A stretch of DNA of 64,000 bases from Eledone cirrhosa (Eukaryota): assembly GCA_964016885.1 (NCBI GenBank), contig OZ024744.1:37448001-37512000 (forward strand). Reading direction: 5' to 3'. Positions 13,744 to 26,019 of this stretch are shown here, piece after piece (position 1 is the stretch's first letter; every line of letters begins with the position of its first letter). Under the pieces are notes generated by a model. That model saw nothing but the letters and a program-made list of their open reading frames with translations, searched no databases and was not told where the DNA came from. The position numbers and the translations under genes were made by a program.

Positions 13744-15879
13744 ATGGCTACGAAAAAGAATTTTCATAGGTCAGTCCCACTCATTCCGTCTTCTTCTTCC
13801 TCAATCGTCACTACAGCAGAGAGAAGATTGTCTCTCTCCCTCCCTTCTCTAAATGTGTCTCTCTCCCTCCCTTCTCTTTCGCAAGCGACGCCAGAAAAGA
13901 AAAATCACGTGCAAAGCGAGCAAGATTTCTCCACGACCACGACGACAACGACGAAAAAGGTGTGCGGGAAATACGAAAACCCATTTCATTCGTCTGACGT
14001 CAGGAATAATAGCAGTAGCAGCCGTAATAACAGCAGCAACAGAGACAAGGAAAACAACAGTAGCAGCCGCAACAGCATCAGCAGCAGTATAAACAACAAC
14101 AACATTAGCAGCAACAACAACAGCAGCAGCAGCAGCAACAAAAACAACAACAACCACAGCAACAGCGGCGGCGGCAGTAGTCGTAGTACCTGCAGCAACA
14201 ACAAAAGTAACAGCAGCTCTGACGACAACAACAAGAGCAGCAGCAAAGAAAAACCAATCTGGTTTGCAGGTATCGCAAAGAACCTGGAAACCATCCTCAT
14301 ATCAAATGAGGAATTAGAGGAAGCGAAGAAGATGGTGACAAAAACTGGACACCGAGCAATCTGTAAGGCAGCCGAAAATTTTTTCGAAACCCAACAACAC
14401 TGTACAGTCACGCACCGTACAGTAAGTACAAAATCCCGTAGGGTTGAAAGAGCCACAGAGGCTCAAATACAAAAAGCCTTGGGGTCTGTGTGGCAGCGGA
14501 AAACGCGCATCACCCGAGGCAAGAAATATGCCACCGTAGACGTACTTTTTGCCACACCCCAGGAGGCAAAGGCTCAATCCTTAGTGACCCTAAGGAGCGA
14601 GGAAATAGTGTTGGTGCCCTCCTACTGCGGGAAAAAAATTGTGAGGGTCAAACTGACAACCCCCCCCCCCTCCCGGATGGCTCCTTCTTGGCTGGCTGCG
14701 TCTGTCCTCGTCGGAATCGAGGACAAAACAACTGTACTGCAAGTACAGAAAAAAGTAAGAGAAGATTGGGTCGGCACCTCCATTGAGATGTTAATCCAAA
14801 CCAACCAGGAGTGCATCGAAGCTATCCCGGATGTGATAGACTTCGATAACGGCACTCAACTGCCCATAAGTGTTGAGGGCAAAGACCCGAAATGCTTTCG
14901 CTGTGGATCGAAGACTCACCTCAGGGCCTTCTGCAACGAGAAAACCCTGAGAAAGGAGAAAATCCCCCTCCTTCCGAAACCGGCTCCACGGCTACCAGCA
15001 ACAGGACAAGCGGTAACCAGGAACGATAGGTCCGTGGCACCTATACCCACGCCACGGAAATCAAAAACAGCTGCAGCAGTGGAAGTATTAACAACAACAA
15101 CAGCAATACCAAATGCAGCTGCAACAGAGACTCCAGTGCAAACATCACCAACAACAAGAAGTGAAAGAGTGGAGCTGGTACCCCTCCCTGACCTCACAGA
15201 ATCAGACATGGAGTTTGAGGTGGGAGAGGGATGGCAAAAGGTCGTAAGAAGGCACAAACGCAGAAGCAGCGCATCGTCGCCTTCGAAAAGGGAGGAAAGA
15301 AATGAAAAAATGGTAAAGGCTACTGCAAAGAGACTCACAGCAGCAACACAACCAACACCATCACCACCCACACTAGCACCACCATCACCACCGGCTACAA
15401 CCCCACCACCAACAACAACAACACCTTCAACACCACCACCACAAGCACCAACATCGCAAACACAACAACAAAACACATACACCCAGCAACAACGACAAGA
15501 ACATAGCAGAACCACACCCTACCCCCAGAAAAACAAATGCACGGCAATAAATACACACAACAAAAAACTAATGACTTACATAATTGAAAACACAGACATT
15601 TCACAACACGACTACATAATACCCTCACCAATCAAAACGCCAACTAACATAAGACTGCTAAACATAGCACAGAAACAATACACAAACATTAAAACGAAAT
15701 TCCCCAACGCAGTTGGTGATTTCAGAGACCTAGGAGGGACTCTCAATCGAAGAGTATATTCGGACATACTCATAGAAGAGCCGACGACCAGCCGAAGGGA
15801 CGATTCAACGGTCCCTTCACCAGACGATCAAGTGAAAATGGATGGAAAAAACATCCCTCCTCCACGAAAAGTACGGTAA
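13744..15879 (+). CDS. LINE ORF1 protein (Gag-like, CX2CX4HX4C knuckle, low-complexity N/S and P/T/Q tracts)
   Basis: Uninterrupted frame of about 711 codons from ATG 13744; CFRCGSKTHLRAFC; GWQKVVRRHKRR motif typical of Tx1/L1 ORF1. Confidence 0.88.
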   Translation: MATKKNFHRSVPLIPSSSSSIVTTAERRLSLSLPSLNVSLSLPSLSQATPEKKNHVQSEQDFSTTTTTTTKKVCGKYENPFHSSDVRNNSSSSRNNSSNRDKENNSSSRNSISSSINNNNISSNNNSSSSSNKNNNNHSNSGGGSSRSTCSNNKSNSSSDDNNKSSSKEKPIWFAGIAKNLETILISNEELEEAKKMVTKTGHRAICKAAENFFETQQHCTVTHRTVSTKSRRVERATEAQIQKALGSVWQRKTRITRGKKYATVDVLFATPQEAKAQSLVTLRSEEIVLVPSYCGKKIVRVKLTTPPPSRMAPSWLAASVLVGIEDKTTVLQVQKKVREDWVGTSIEMLIQTNQECIEAIPDVIDFDNGTQLPISVEGKDPKCFRCGSKTHLRAFCNEKTLRKEKIPLLPKPAPRLPATGQAVTRNDRSVAPIPTPRKSKTAAAVEVLTTTTAIPNAAATETPVQTSPTTRSERVELVPLPDLTESDMEFEVGEGWQKVVRRHKRRSSASSPSKREERNEKMVKATAKRLTAATQPTPSPPTLAPPSPPATTPPPTTTTPSTPPPQAPTSQTQQQNTYTQQQRQEHSRTTPYPQKNKCTAINTHNKKLMTYIIENTDISQHDYIIPSPIKTPTNIRLLNIAQKQYTNIKTKFPNAVGDFRDLGGTLNRRVYSDILIEEPTTSRRDDSTVPSPDDQVKMDGKNIPPPRKVR

Positions 15880-15920
15880 GTGGTCTTTCCCATCTTTTCC
15901 ACACTATTTTAAACATAACC

Positions 15921-18900
15921 TCACTAAGAATAGGCAGCATAAATGCGCGTGGCTTGGGGTGTCATGGAAGCAGGGTCACCTGCTCAACGACCTCAGGTCA
16001 CTAAACATAGATGTAGTGGCCATCAGCGAGACCAGAATCTCGGAAGCACGGGCCTTCGCACCGATCTTTGGCGGCTACGATGTGTACGCATCTCCCAGCC
16101 ATCCTGGATCGGGGGGAGGATTTGCTGTGCTTTTTCGGAGAGGTTTGGATCTCGCCATACGGGCCATCTTCCTGGACCCAGAGGGTAAGCTGGTGGTGCT
16201 GGACGTAACCAGCGGAGACGGGCAAGCTTTCAGGCTAGTGGCCGTCTATGCCCCGACAGGAGCAGGGCGGCCTGATTTCTTCCGGCGTCTGGAGACCTTT
16301 CTTGGAACATCCCGCTCTTTAGTGTTAGTGGGCGACTGGAACGGGATCTTAGATGCACGCTGGGACTGTTTGGGATTAGCGGATAGGGGTGGAGGGTGCA
16401 AGAGCCTCACCAACCTGCTCAGGCGTTTTGAACTGTCTGACAGGTACCGATTGGATTTCCCGAATGTGCCAATGTGGACTTGCACAAATCGCATAGGGTC
16501 ATCCAGATCATATCTAGATAGAGTTTCTTGTAGGGAAATAGATAGGTCTAGTATAGGCTGTCCACAATTCAAGATAGTCAGCTACACGGACCACAAATTC
16601 GTGATTTGTGTGCTGGACTTAGATAGGCTTCATAGACAAGGACCCAGCTACTGGAAGCTAAACGCGTCGTTACCAGCGCGCAAGGCCTACAGAGACCGGA
16701 TTATCGAACTAGTTAAGCGGGAGTTGACGGGGGCCATCGTCAACAACAAGTGGTGGTTTGCTCTGAAAAGAGCGATTAGAATAGAATCGATTAGGTTTAG
16801 TAAGGCTTTAGCAATAGAGAAAAATAGAGCAGAGGGAGAACTAGTTAGAAAATTAGACGAGGCGCTTAGCAAAGGCATTGCGACCGACGTGCTTGCGGCG
16901 AAATTGGCCCTTGATCAATTCTTCAATGCAAAGTACGAAGGCTGCGTTGTCAGAGCTAGGGTGCGTGCTCTCAGACACGAGGGGACGAAAGCCGTTCAAT
17001 GGGCCCGAGTGGCGGAGCCGCGTCGTGGCAACAAAGCCACGATCCGGTCTTTGGTGGACCACGACGGGCGCATGCTACTCGATCCCGGCAAATGTGTGAA
17101 GCTTTTCAGCGACACTTCACTCAGCTGTTCGGGGGCAGCGGTGGGCCGGGTCGAGGGATATACTTTAGTATCTACCTCGACGGACTGCCGCGGCTCTCGG
17201 CCACTGAGGCGGAGTGTTGCGAAAAGCCGATAAAAGCCGCTGAAGTAAGGGAGGCAATGACTGGCTGCACAAGGGGTAAATCGCCAGGTTTGGATGGTCT
17301 GCTCTATGAACTTTACGTACAGATGCCAGACATGTTCGGAGGCCTCTTGGCGGACGTCTACTGCAACTGGCAACCGAACGGGAGAATTCCAGCTCTGTGA
17401 GCCGAGGAGCGGTGGCACTGCTGAGAAAGGATCCGAACAATGGGGATAACATAGATAATTTCAGGCCCATAACTCTGCTAAACACAGAGTTCAAGATTTT
17501 GGCCAAGGTGCTAGCAAAGAGGTTGGCGCTTGTCGTTGGTGGTCTGGTGGGAGAGGCGCAGACATGCGCCATTCCCTACAGTTCCATCCACGACAACCTC
17601 CACCCCATGCGATACATCGTAGAGAGGGAAGCTAGGGAACCTGGTACGGGTGGGTCCTTCATCAATTTAGATCAGTCGAAAGCTTTCGATAGGGTCGACC
17701 ATTGTTACCTAGCGGCAGTCCTGAGGGCGGCTGGCTTTGGGCCGGTCTTCAGAGGCTGGATCGCTGCCATGCACAGCGACATCTGCTCTGTGGTGAGAGT
17801 GAACGGTCACCTTTCGGAACCGTTCAACATCATGCGCTCGGTCCGCCAAGGATGTCCCATCTCGTCCTTCTTGTACGTATTGACTCTCGAGCCATTTCTG
17901 CACAAACTGGAGACGTTGAGGGCCGTCCCGCGCGAACTAGGATGCGGAAGATCCGTGTCAGCATATGCGGACGATGTCACCGTAGTCGTGTCGAACGCCA
18001 AACACATGGAGGCGATCGGCACTACACTAAGAGAATACGAGGCGGTGACAGGAGCAATGATCAACCAGGAAAAGTCAGTGGGACTGCAGCTCGGCACCTG
18101 GAGAGGCAGGTCCATGCCGTCCAACAGCGTCGTCGGACGCTGGGCGTACGGACCGGTTAAATTGCTAGGGATCTGGTTCGGTTCGGACCTCCAGACGGAC
18201 AAAATCTGGGACGAGGTGACGAGCAGGGTGGCTTCTCTCACCCAGAAATGGGCGGAGAGGAAGCTATCCCTGAAACGTCGAGCGGAGGTGGCTAACGCGT
18301 ACATCGCGTCTGTCATCTGCTACCGCCTGACCGTCGTACCTTGTCCTAAGCCTCGCCTGACTGCGCTGGAGCGTTTGCTCTTTCGCTTTTTGTGGAAGGG
18401 ACGCGCTCCGATGGTCAGGCGGTCCATCTGTTGTCAACACCCGCTACGTGGAGGGCTGGGCATGCCGTGGCTGTTGATGCGCAGGCTCGCGCTCAGGCTA
18501 CGACATCTCCACCTCTTCCTCGACGGTGATCAGGTGTGGTTGCCGTTGGCTAGACACGTATTTCCCCAGCTCGTTTCCTTGACGGAGCTGCAGTTCTGGG
18601 TCAAGCGAAGACCGAGTGGGAGCACCTGGAGACTGGAATGTCTTCAGGCGCTCACAGCCCTCGACCAATCGGGCAATGTGATCGGTGGAAACTCCACCTC
18701 GGCGTTCTATAGAGGATTAGTGGAGGGGAAGAGCGACGACGTACTTGGGGAAACTCTAGGCGTCGACGAAAATCAACTAGCCAATCTCTTCGGAAGAACT
18801 TTCGGGCCAGGGCCTATGGACAACTTCCAGAAATCTCTGGCCTGGCAGTGCTACCGAGGAGCCTTGCCAGTTCGGGATAAACTCTACAGGCATGGAGATG

Positions 18901-19331
18901 CCGTCAATCGGGCATGTCCGAGATGCGCACAGGGCGACGAAACCGTCCTGCACGCACTCGTCCAGTGTCCGAAAATTGCTGACTTGTCGGTTTATGTCGA
19001 ACACCTGCTGTCGCGTTTAGGACGGATCCGGCTATCATCTGAGTCCATCGTGAGGATTGCCCCGCCCTCCTCCTTTAGCCGGGAAGGGCAGGCAGTTTTT
19101 ATCTGTCTGGTGGCCATGGCGAAAGAGATAGTATGGTGGACACGTTTGAAAGGGCTGAAGACGAGCACTTACCTCTTCGGTGATGCTCTGATTGACTTTT
19201 TCAAATTTCATTTGAAAAGGAAAATCAGAGTAGAGAGGGAAGTGCTCTCTTCCCAGCATTTTGTTGAAAGATGGGTGAGAGAAGCAAGAATGGCCCGAGT
19301 GAATGAGCCTACTCTGAGTATATATCTGTAA
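15921..19331 (+). CDS. LINE ORF2: AP endonuclease, reverse transcriptase and C-terminal CCHC; three single-base frameshifts as assembled
   Basis: EN motifs GSINARGL, ISET, VYAP, GDWN, YLDR, TDH; RT motifs SPGLDG, FRPITLLN, LDQSKAFDRV, RQGCP, YADD; CPRC-x8-H-x4-C. Shifts at 15956-59, 17090-92 and 17389-90. True start unclear. Confidence 0.9.
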
Positions 19332-19592
19332 ATTAAAGGTGGAAAACTGGGAGAGGGCACTTTCCTTGGTGGTCAGGGTCATTGTGGCTTTTTACTGGGC
19401 TTTCTCCACAAATGTCCCTCCGAAGTCTCCCCCCTATTGGGGAATATTTCATTGTTATTTTTTGTTACACCCTCTGTTTTTTTTGTTTTTTTACACGCAG
19501 AAATGCCCATTTGTACCGTCCTGCATTGTCCTGCACTGTCCTTAATGTCTACTTTATGTAAACCCTTGTGGTTAATAAAGAAATCATTATTA

Positions 19593-19642
<50 letters not shown>

Positions 19643-19773
19643 CGTAAGACTAGTGCGTGGAATGGAATGGAAAGACGTTATCTGTTATAGACACATTTAT
19701 ATTATTGTAGGACAATTGACTGATGAATAGATATTTCAATTAATCGATAATACTATCCTACTACAGTCTTTAG

Positions 19774-20195
19774 GACGGTGGATCGGTAGTATCGGTAGAG
19801 CGTCGAACTATATGCCATGTACGTGACACTTAGTTACGGCCCTTTACATTCTGTTCTGAGTTCAAATCCTGTCGGGGTTAATCTTTGCCTTTCCACTTTG
19901 CAGGGGTCGCTAAAATAAAGTATCAATAACGTGGATTTAATTGACTTGTCCGACCTGCTAAATTGTTGCATTTGAACTTAAATCAGGAAACTTTATTCTA
20001 CTTAGGTCTAGGGCAATGGATTGGGAGTATCGGTAGAGCGACGGACAGCAAACTTTGCGACATATAGCTAATGCTCTTTGCGTACGGAGTTCATATCCCG
20101 CCAGGGTTAGCTTTGCCTTTCATCCTTGCGAGGTCGATTTTAATCGACTTTCACCTTTCCTTCAAATTGATGGTCTTATGCCAAATGTAGAAACA
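19774..20195 (+). mobile_element. Two tRNA-derived SINEs
   Basis: ggtggatcggtagtatcggtagagcg heads, gagttcaaatcc B box, ctttgcctttc core. Confidence 0.75.
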
Positions 20196-20290
20196 ACACT
20201 TTCACTACGGTTTAAGTCTGTAACAATTTAACTCTGTAACGATATCAAAGATATAATCTATTACATACAGAAAATATGTATTGTCTATAG

Positions 20291-20495
20291 CAGACATGTC
20301 AAACGTGCGGTCTCTGGGCCGCAGCGGCCCATTACAAGCACACCAGCGGCCCACACAAAGGTTTTTATAGCGCGAGCGTAATATAAAATATAAAATATTA
20401 GTTGTAATGTGCGCAATTATTTGTCATGTGTGGCCCTCAGATAACACATATGTGACCCATGTAGCCGTCGGGGGACCCTAAATTTGACATGCCTG
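20291..20495. mobile_element. hAT-type MITE
   Basis: TIR cagacatgtcaaa/tttgacatgcctg; perfect 8-bp TSD gtctatag. Confidence 0.9.
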
Positions 20496-21651
20496 GTCTA
20501 TAGGGCAATTGAATGATGAATATGTTAAATCAAATATCAAAATGAACACCTTCTGTCATAACTGTTCATGACTTTGCAAATGGAAAGTTAGTCTCCATTA
20601 TGCAAATCTAGGCAAGGGTTGTTGTTTTGTTTTGATCTTGTAGAAAACCAGCATGCAAGTATTCTTACTCAACACCATCAATGCTGTCCAAGAGAAAGGC
20701 AAATGTCGTTACAATTTGGCACCTGTGTCGTCACAGGAAAACTGAAAGAAACTTGAAATAAATTTCCTTCCTTCAAGTCAAGAAGAGAAGGAAAGTTCCA
20801 AAGAATCGTTTGTTTTCTATACTTACTATATTAACTATACTAACAAAAACACCACAAAAACATCAGCTAATTTCCTATCCTTAGAAATAGCAATATAATT
20901 TTATATTAGCTCTGGGAATTTTGTGAGTAGATTGGATGCGGGGGTGGTGTGTAACAATTTTTAGTTAATATAACCTATATAGCAAGTTGATAACGATTTC
21001 ATGTCGACGGTTGTGATAGTGAAGCTGTTGATTTCATTGTTTTCTATTCTCATTGATGCTGTTGATTTCTTTTTTAAGAAGAATATATCCAATGAGATCA
21101 TAGCTAGTTTCATAACAATAAACAACAAAAACAATATCAGACAACAACATTGCAAGTTTCTACACAAAATACCAGAGTTTATCAATAGCTAGTACAATTG
21201 AAATTTGGGCAGTTGCACAAATGTTAGTATAATAATACAGAGACTGTGTGGCTAAACCGCTGGAAAACCAGTGGCGCGAAACCAATAAACTAGTAAGCTA
21301 TTTTTCTGGGAATTATTTTCAAATGACAGGAAGTGTATCAGATGGATGCACTCCATTTAACACAAGATCATTATCATTAGCACGTTAACACTGATGTCTT
21401 AACCATGATGGTGATGAGGAGGAAGAGGAGAGGGAAGAAGAGATGCGAATGAGAAGCGGTAGATGATGATGAGGAGGAGGAGGTGGAATAATAGTGCCAT
21501 GAAAACGATGATGACGATTGCGATGAAGATGATGATAACAATGATTATGAACGATAATGGTGATGGTCATGATACTAATGGTGATGGGAGGGGGAGTTTC
21601 ACTATCAAAAATCCTCATTGTAGGCATTACAAGCACACATAATTTAAGGGA

Positions 21652-21840
21652 TACGAGGGTCTGCTTAAAAGTTCATAGGGTGACCAAGATGGGATGACCA
21701 AATGAGGTTTAATTTTCAACATAGTTCTTGGAAAGAAACAATGCAGTTATTACTAAAAAAAAGTTGAAATCAATGCATGAAAGATTTCACAGCTCTAGCA
21801 TCAATCCTTCATAGTCAGCCTATGAACTTCTCAGCCCATT
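21652..21840. mobile_element. Mariner-type MITE
   Basis: TA-cgagggtctgcttaaaagttc...gaacttctcagccc; related copies at 32824-33167 and 36361-36560. Confidence 0.65.
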
Positions 21841-22439
21841 CTCATATTCTTAACAAGCTTTGCGGTACCTTTGTAGATTTGTTTACCTTTTGGGGTCAAA
21901 TTCTGTTTACATGCTGACGGTCCCAGCGCTAATGACCCGGGACCCCACAGGCGTGTGTAGGTGGGTAGGCTAATAACAATCCAAGATAAACAGTAACGCC
22001 GTACAGAGGCTTCATCCAGCAATGAATTGATAATGGCTGAATGCTATGGAAATATTACAAAACAATCATGAGTAAATATTACTGCATGAGTAGGTTTTTT
22101 TTTAATAGTTGTAAGGGTTTCCTTTATTATTTGGTAAATCTAAAGGACCTCCAAGACCATAGAGATTGAAGATGTTAATGTTTCGCCTTTATACGTATAA
22201 TGAGTTTAATATATTTGTATGTGACATTTGGTGCCGTAAATAAATATACACATATATACACCAGGTACCAACACAGAGGAACCAAACTACCACTGTCACT
22301 GCCTCTCTCTCTCTCTCGTTCGCTCTCCCCATATCTCACTATTATAAGTGAATGGCGGACCACATGCTCCCCCCCCCTCTTTCCCATCCCGGTGGACAGA
22401 AGAGAGAAGGTGTAATTGTTTCAATTTACATGTGGTATA

Positions 22440-22645
22440 ATTGTTTCTACTTTAAGCACAAAACCAGAAATTTGAAGGGAGAGGGAAAAGTTGATTAAAT
22501 CAACCCCAGTGCATTACTGGTGCTTTATTTGATTGATACCGTAAGGATGGAAGGCAAATTAACTTCGGCAGGATTCTAAATCAGACCGTAAAGGCCAGTA
22601 ACTCTATGCTGCTAAGCATGTTGTCGGACGCTCTACCGATACTGA
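22440..22645 (-). mobile_element. tRNA-derived SINE
   Basis: Reverse complement of the SINE head, core and tail. Confidence 0.75.
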
Positions 22646-22898
22646 TCTGCGTTTATGTAACTTGCAAATCAGATACAACTGCCATTAATGTTACTAGCAG
22701 AAAAACTACACTTCGGTTCGTTTTCTGCTAGTATATGTAGTGTGCATATTGATATTATACGCAAATATATATCCATTTAGATATGATACGTCAAATAAAA
22801 TCGTAATTGATGATATGCACAGAAATTAAAGAGATACTGTGTTACACTGACTTTTGTAATCAGTAAAGTAATCCATGATACATTTAAAAATGACGATA

Positions 22899-24099
22899 TC
22901 TGTATATATATAAAATTAAGTATGTGTGTGTGTGTCTGTGTGTCTGTGTATTACCTATAGGGGCCTACATCTTACGACCGATTTTCATGAAACTTTACAG
23001 GCTCATAGATTAGTCATCGGGGAGTGTTTTCTATATATCAGTGTATCGTTTATTTTTATTCCTGGGTCATTCTGCAGATAAAAATCGATAGGTGGGTGTC
23101 ACCTTTTTTTAGGTATCGAAAAATAAGATTTTTGGCTCTAGCTAGCTCCCACATTTTGGAACCGATTTCGTTCAAATATCAAAGCAAAATAGAATTTATC
23201 ATTGTACATCTTGTAATGGCTTTATATTTTGCATTTGTTGTTCACGGACGGCGTGGCAGTCGCTTAAATATTCAAAAATATCACTTTTAGACTGAAATTA
23301 CCACTTTTTCGGCTCTAGCTCCCACATTAATCAACCTACTTTGTTCAAATTTTACGCTACGCTAGATCTGATTATTTCACGTCTTAAATTGGCTTTACAT
23401 TTTGGATTTTTTGTTCAGGAACGGCGTGGCAGCCGCTTAAATATTCAAAAATACCACCTTTTCGCTCAAATGTCCGCCTTTTCGGCTCTAGCGCCCACAT
23501 TTTTCAACCGATTTCGTTCAAATTCGAAACTTCGGCTCCACCTCACACATAAACCAATTTATTTGGTTCAACTTTTATACTACGATAGAACCTATCATTG
23601 CACATCTTATAGTAGCTTTACACTTTGTATTTTTTGTTCAGGGATGGCGACCTATCATTAGCTCCCACATTTTTCAACCGATTTCATTCAAATTCGAAAC
23701 TTCGGCTCCACCTCACACATAAATCGATTTATTTGGTTCAACTTTTATACTACGTTAGAACCTATCATTGCACATCTTATAGATGGTCAAAGGCAAAACG
23801 ATGGCCACTGACGTCGTCTGAGCTTTTAGTTGTGTATTTGAGAATTTATCGGTTTCCAATCAAGTACCGTGAGTAAATTTGGCTTAGTGTTAGAGGTCAT
23901 TACCTCCCTCCCCCAGCATGCCCCTTCGTCAGTCACCCGCATTTCTTAGTGATAGAGGCCATCACCCCCCACCCCCACCCCCTCATGGCCTGTGTGTGGT
24001 CATAGATGAGTCATCGAGAAGCAGTCGCTAAGATCAACACCTTTTCATCAAAGCAGATATTATTTTACCTACACAGGCAACGCTGGGTACTGCTGCCAG
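22899..24099 (+). mobile_element. Non-autonomous Helitron, family D, with about 4 internal 170-bp tandem units
   Basis: A|TCtgtatatatataaaa start; end caggcaacgctgggtactgctgCCAG|T (decayed CTAG); tagctcccacatt unit near 23142, 23317, 23488 and 23659. Confidence 0.7.
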
Positions 24100-24799
24100 T
24101 TATATATAAACTGCATTACGATGAAAACGAATACGGAGAAAATTAGCGACAGAAATATAAACGTTATTATTTAACGATGCAAAATATGAACGTTTATATA
24201 GGCGATAAAATATAGCGTCCGTTATATCCGGAAGTATTGACATTTGAAAATTTAAAAAGAAGTGAATCTTAAAATAAGTAATCATTATATATAAGAATAT
24301 TTATGTTTAATCAACAGCTACGAAATTTAGAACATAAATTATGTAATATTGATTCATTATTTATTTAAAGTAATCCCACTTATTTTACTAACGGGATTAA
24401 AAAAATATATTCAGAACACAGTCCCGCACTCCTTCCTTTATTATATTATGATTTGATAAACTCAAGAACATCAAAACATTTCCTCAATAATCCTTTCTAA
24501 ACATCCCTTGTTTCCTATTTTCCTCTTCCTTTTCTTAATAATCTGCCTCCCATTCGCCTCTTTCAATATTTGAAATGTTATTTTTGTTATTTTATGTTTT
24601 TCTCCCTTCTCTTTTTATTTCTATTTTAGTTTTTTTTTCTTTTCTTTTCTTTTTTTACTTTTATTTTATTACTGGTCTCACTAGCTCTTTTTGATTACCA
24701 ACTGTAAAGAGTCCCCGATACTTCCCCGAGTCTGTCATGGATTACTAGCTCTATACGGACGTTTAAATTGAATAAATAAATAAATAAATAAATAATTAA

Positions 24800-25040
24800 G
24801 GATGGCGGCGAATTGACAGAGTCGTTAGAATATCGGTTAGAATGGTTTGTGGTATTCGTTCCAGCTCTCTGCTGTCTGAGCTCAAATCATGCCGAGGTGA
24901 ACTTTGTCTTTCATCCATTCGTGGTCGATAAAAAATGTACCAGTCATCTAATGGGGTGGATATCGTATTCTTATTCTCACTACCATTCTCTCAATCTTTA
25001 TACTTCTCTGGAAGAAATCTGCTGTATTCAGACCTGGAGG
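24800..25040 (+). mobile_element. tRNA-derived SINE, long-tail variant
   Basis: ggatggcggcgaattgacagagtcgttagaa head; ctttcatccattcgtggtcgataaaaaatgtaccag core. Confidence 0.7.
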
Positions 25041-26019
25041 CTCCGCCAGAGTTAGAAGAAAAAAAGCCATAGAAACACCGTCTGTTAATATAGATTCCCT
25101 ATGATTCCTGAAGAATTACGGAACCATACAAACAAACATATAAGACTCACATCTTAATTCAAAAGAATATTCAACTCAATAGCAAATTTTCTTTTGTCAA
25201 CGCACCACAACAATTTACACTCCGAACTCTCATAATTTATTTCTGTCTCTTCTGAAGCGATTCCTATTCACATGGCTAGTACACTGAATACTATAACCAA
25301 CTCAGTCTAACATCCTATCTTATGACCTTTGAACACTCTGTACTATATCCTTCTTTCTACTCCAATATCACATATACTACAAGATTATCGACACCCACAG
25401 ACCTAATAACGGTTTCTTTTCTGTGTGTTTTTTTCTCAAGAAGCAGTAACATAGATTTCATCCATCTCACTATTTTTATTAAGCACTATCGTAAATGTTT
25501 AGCTTAAATCTTCTATATAGCTGTTTACGGTGGGCGTGGTGAAGGTTATTGAATAAAAGAAATTATTTTTTAATATAATAAATCTGTTCTAACATCAAAC
25601 GCAGATTCGATCTCACAATTATGCTTTTATAAAAAAAGAAAAAATATATACCAAATAGATTATTTGTTCATTTTTGTTCACGAATAATTCAACAGTAAAA
25701 AATAGTTGTTAATCAAAACAGCAGGTATAATTTCCTCTGTGTGTGTGTGTGTGTGTATTTTGTATACATACGTTGTTAATTTTATATTAGATATAAAATG
25801 TGACCTTTTCAAAACATAATCACAAGATTTACACCTATAGAAATGTGTAACAGTTTAAATATATAACTTGGCTCACAATCAAATACTCCATGAAGCGTCG
25901 AAAATCTACAAAATACTTTCTGGCAAATATTTCTTTTCGGTTCATACATTATTTAAATATATCATACAGTGTGTGTACTCAAGGAATTCAGATGACTTGG
26001 GAACGAGTTCTATTATTAT

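Larger units (their letters stand above)
13524..19585 (+). mobile_element. Full-length Tx1/L1-clade LINE (about 6.06 kb) embedded in (ATT)n
   Basis: 5' UTR, ORF1 with zinc knuckle, ORF2 APE-RT-CCHC, T-rich 3' UTR, AATAAA at 19574; (ATT)n immediately on both sides. Confidence 0.92.

Noticed and set aside
15842-15955. ORF-track N-terminus of ORF2 (MEKTSLL...KCAW)
   Set aside because: The conserved endonuclease motif SINARGL lies in a different frame, so this translation is probably not the real N-terminus.
22692-22731. 12-bp inverted repeat actagcagaaaa/ttttctgctagt
   Set aside because: Too short to classify; may be remnants of Helitron ends.
24420-25570. Possible old LINE 3' ends with (AAAT)n tail; similar stretches at 6640-7040 and 60830-61380
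   Set aside because: No translatable motif or second copy in the window to support a call.
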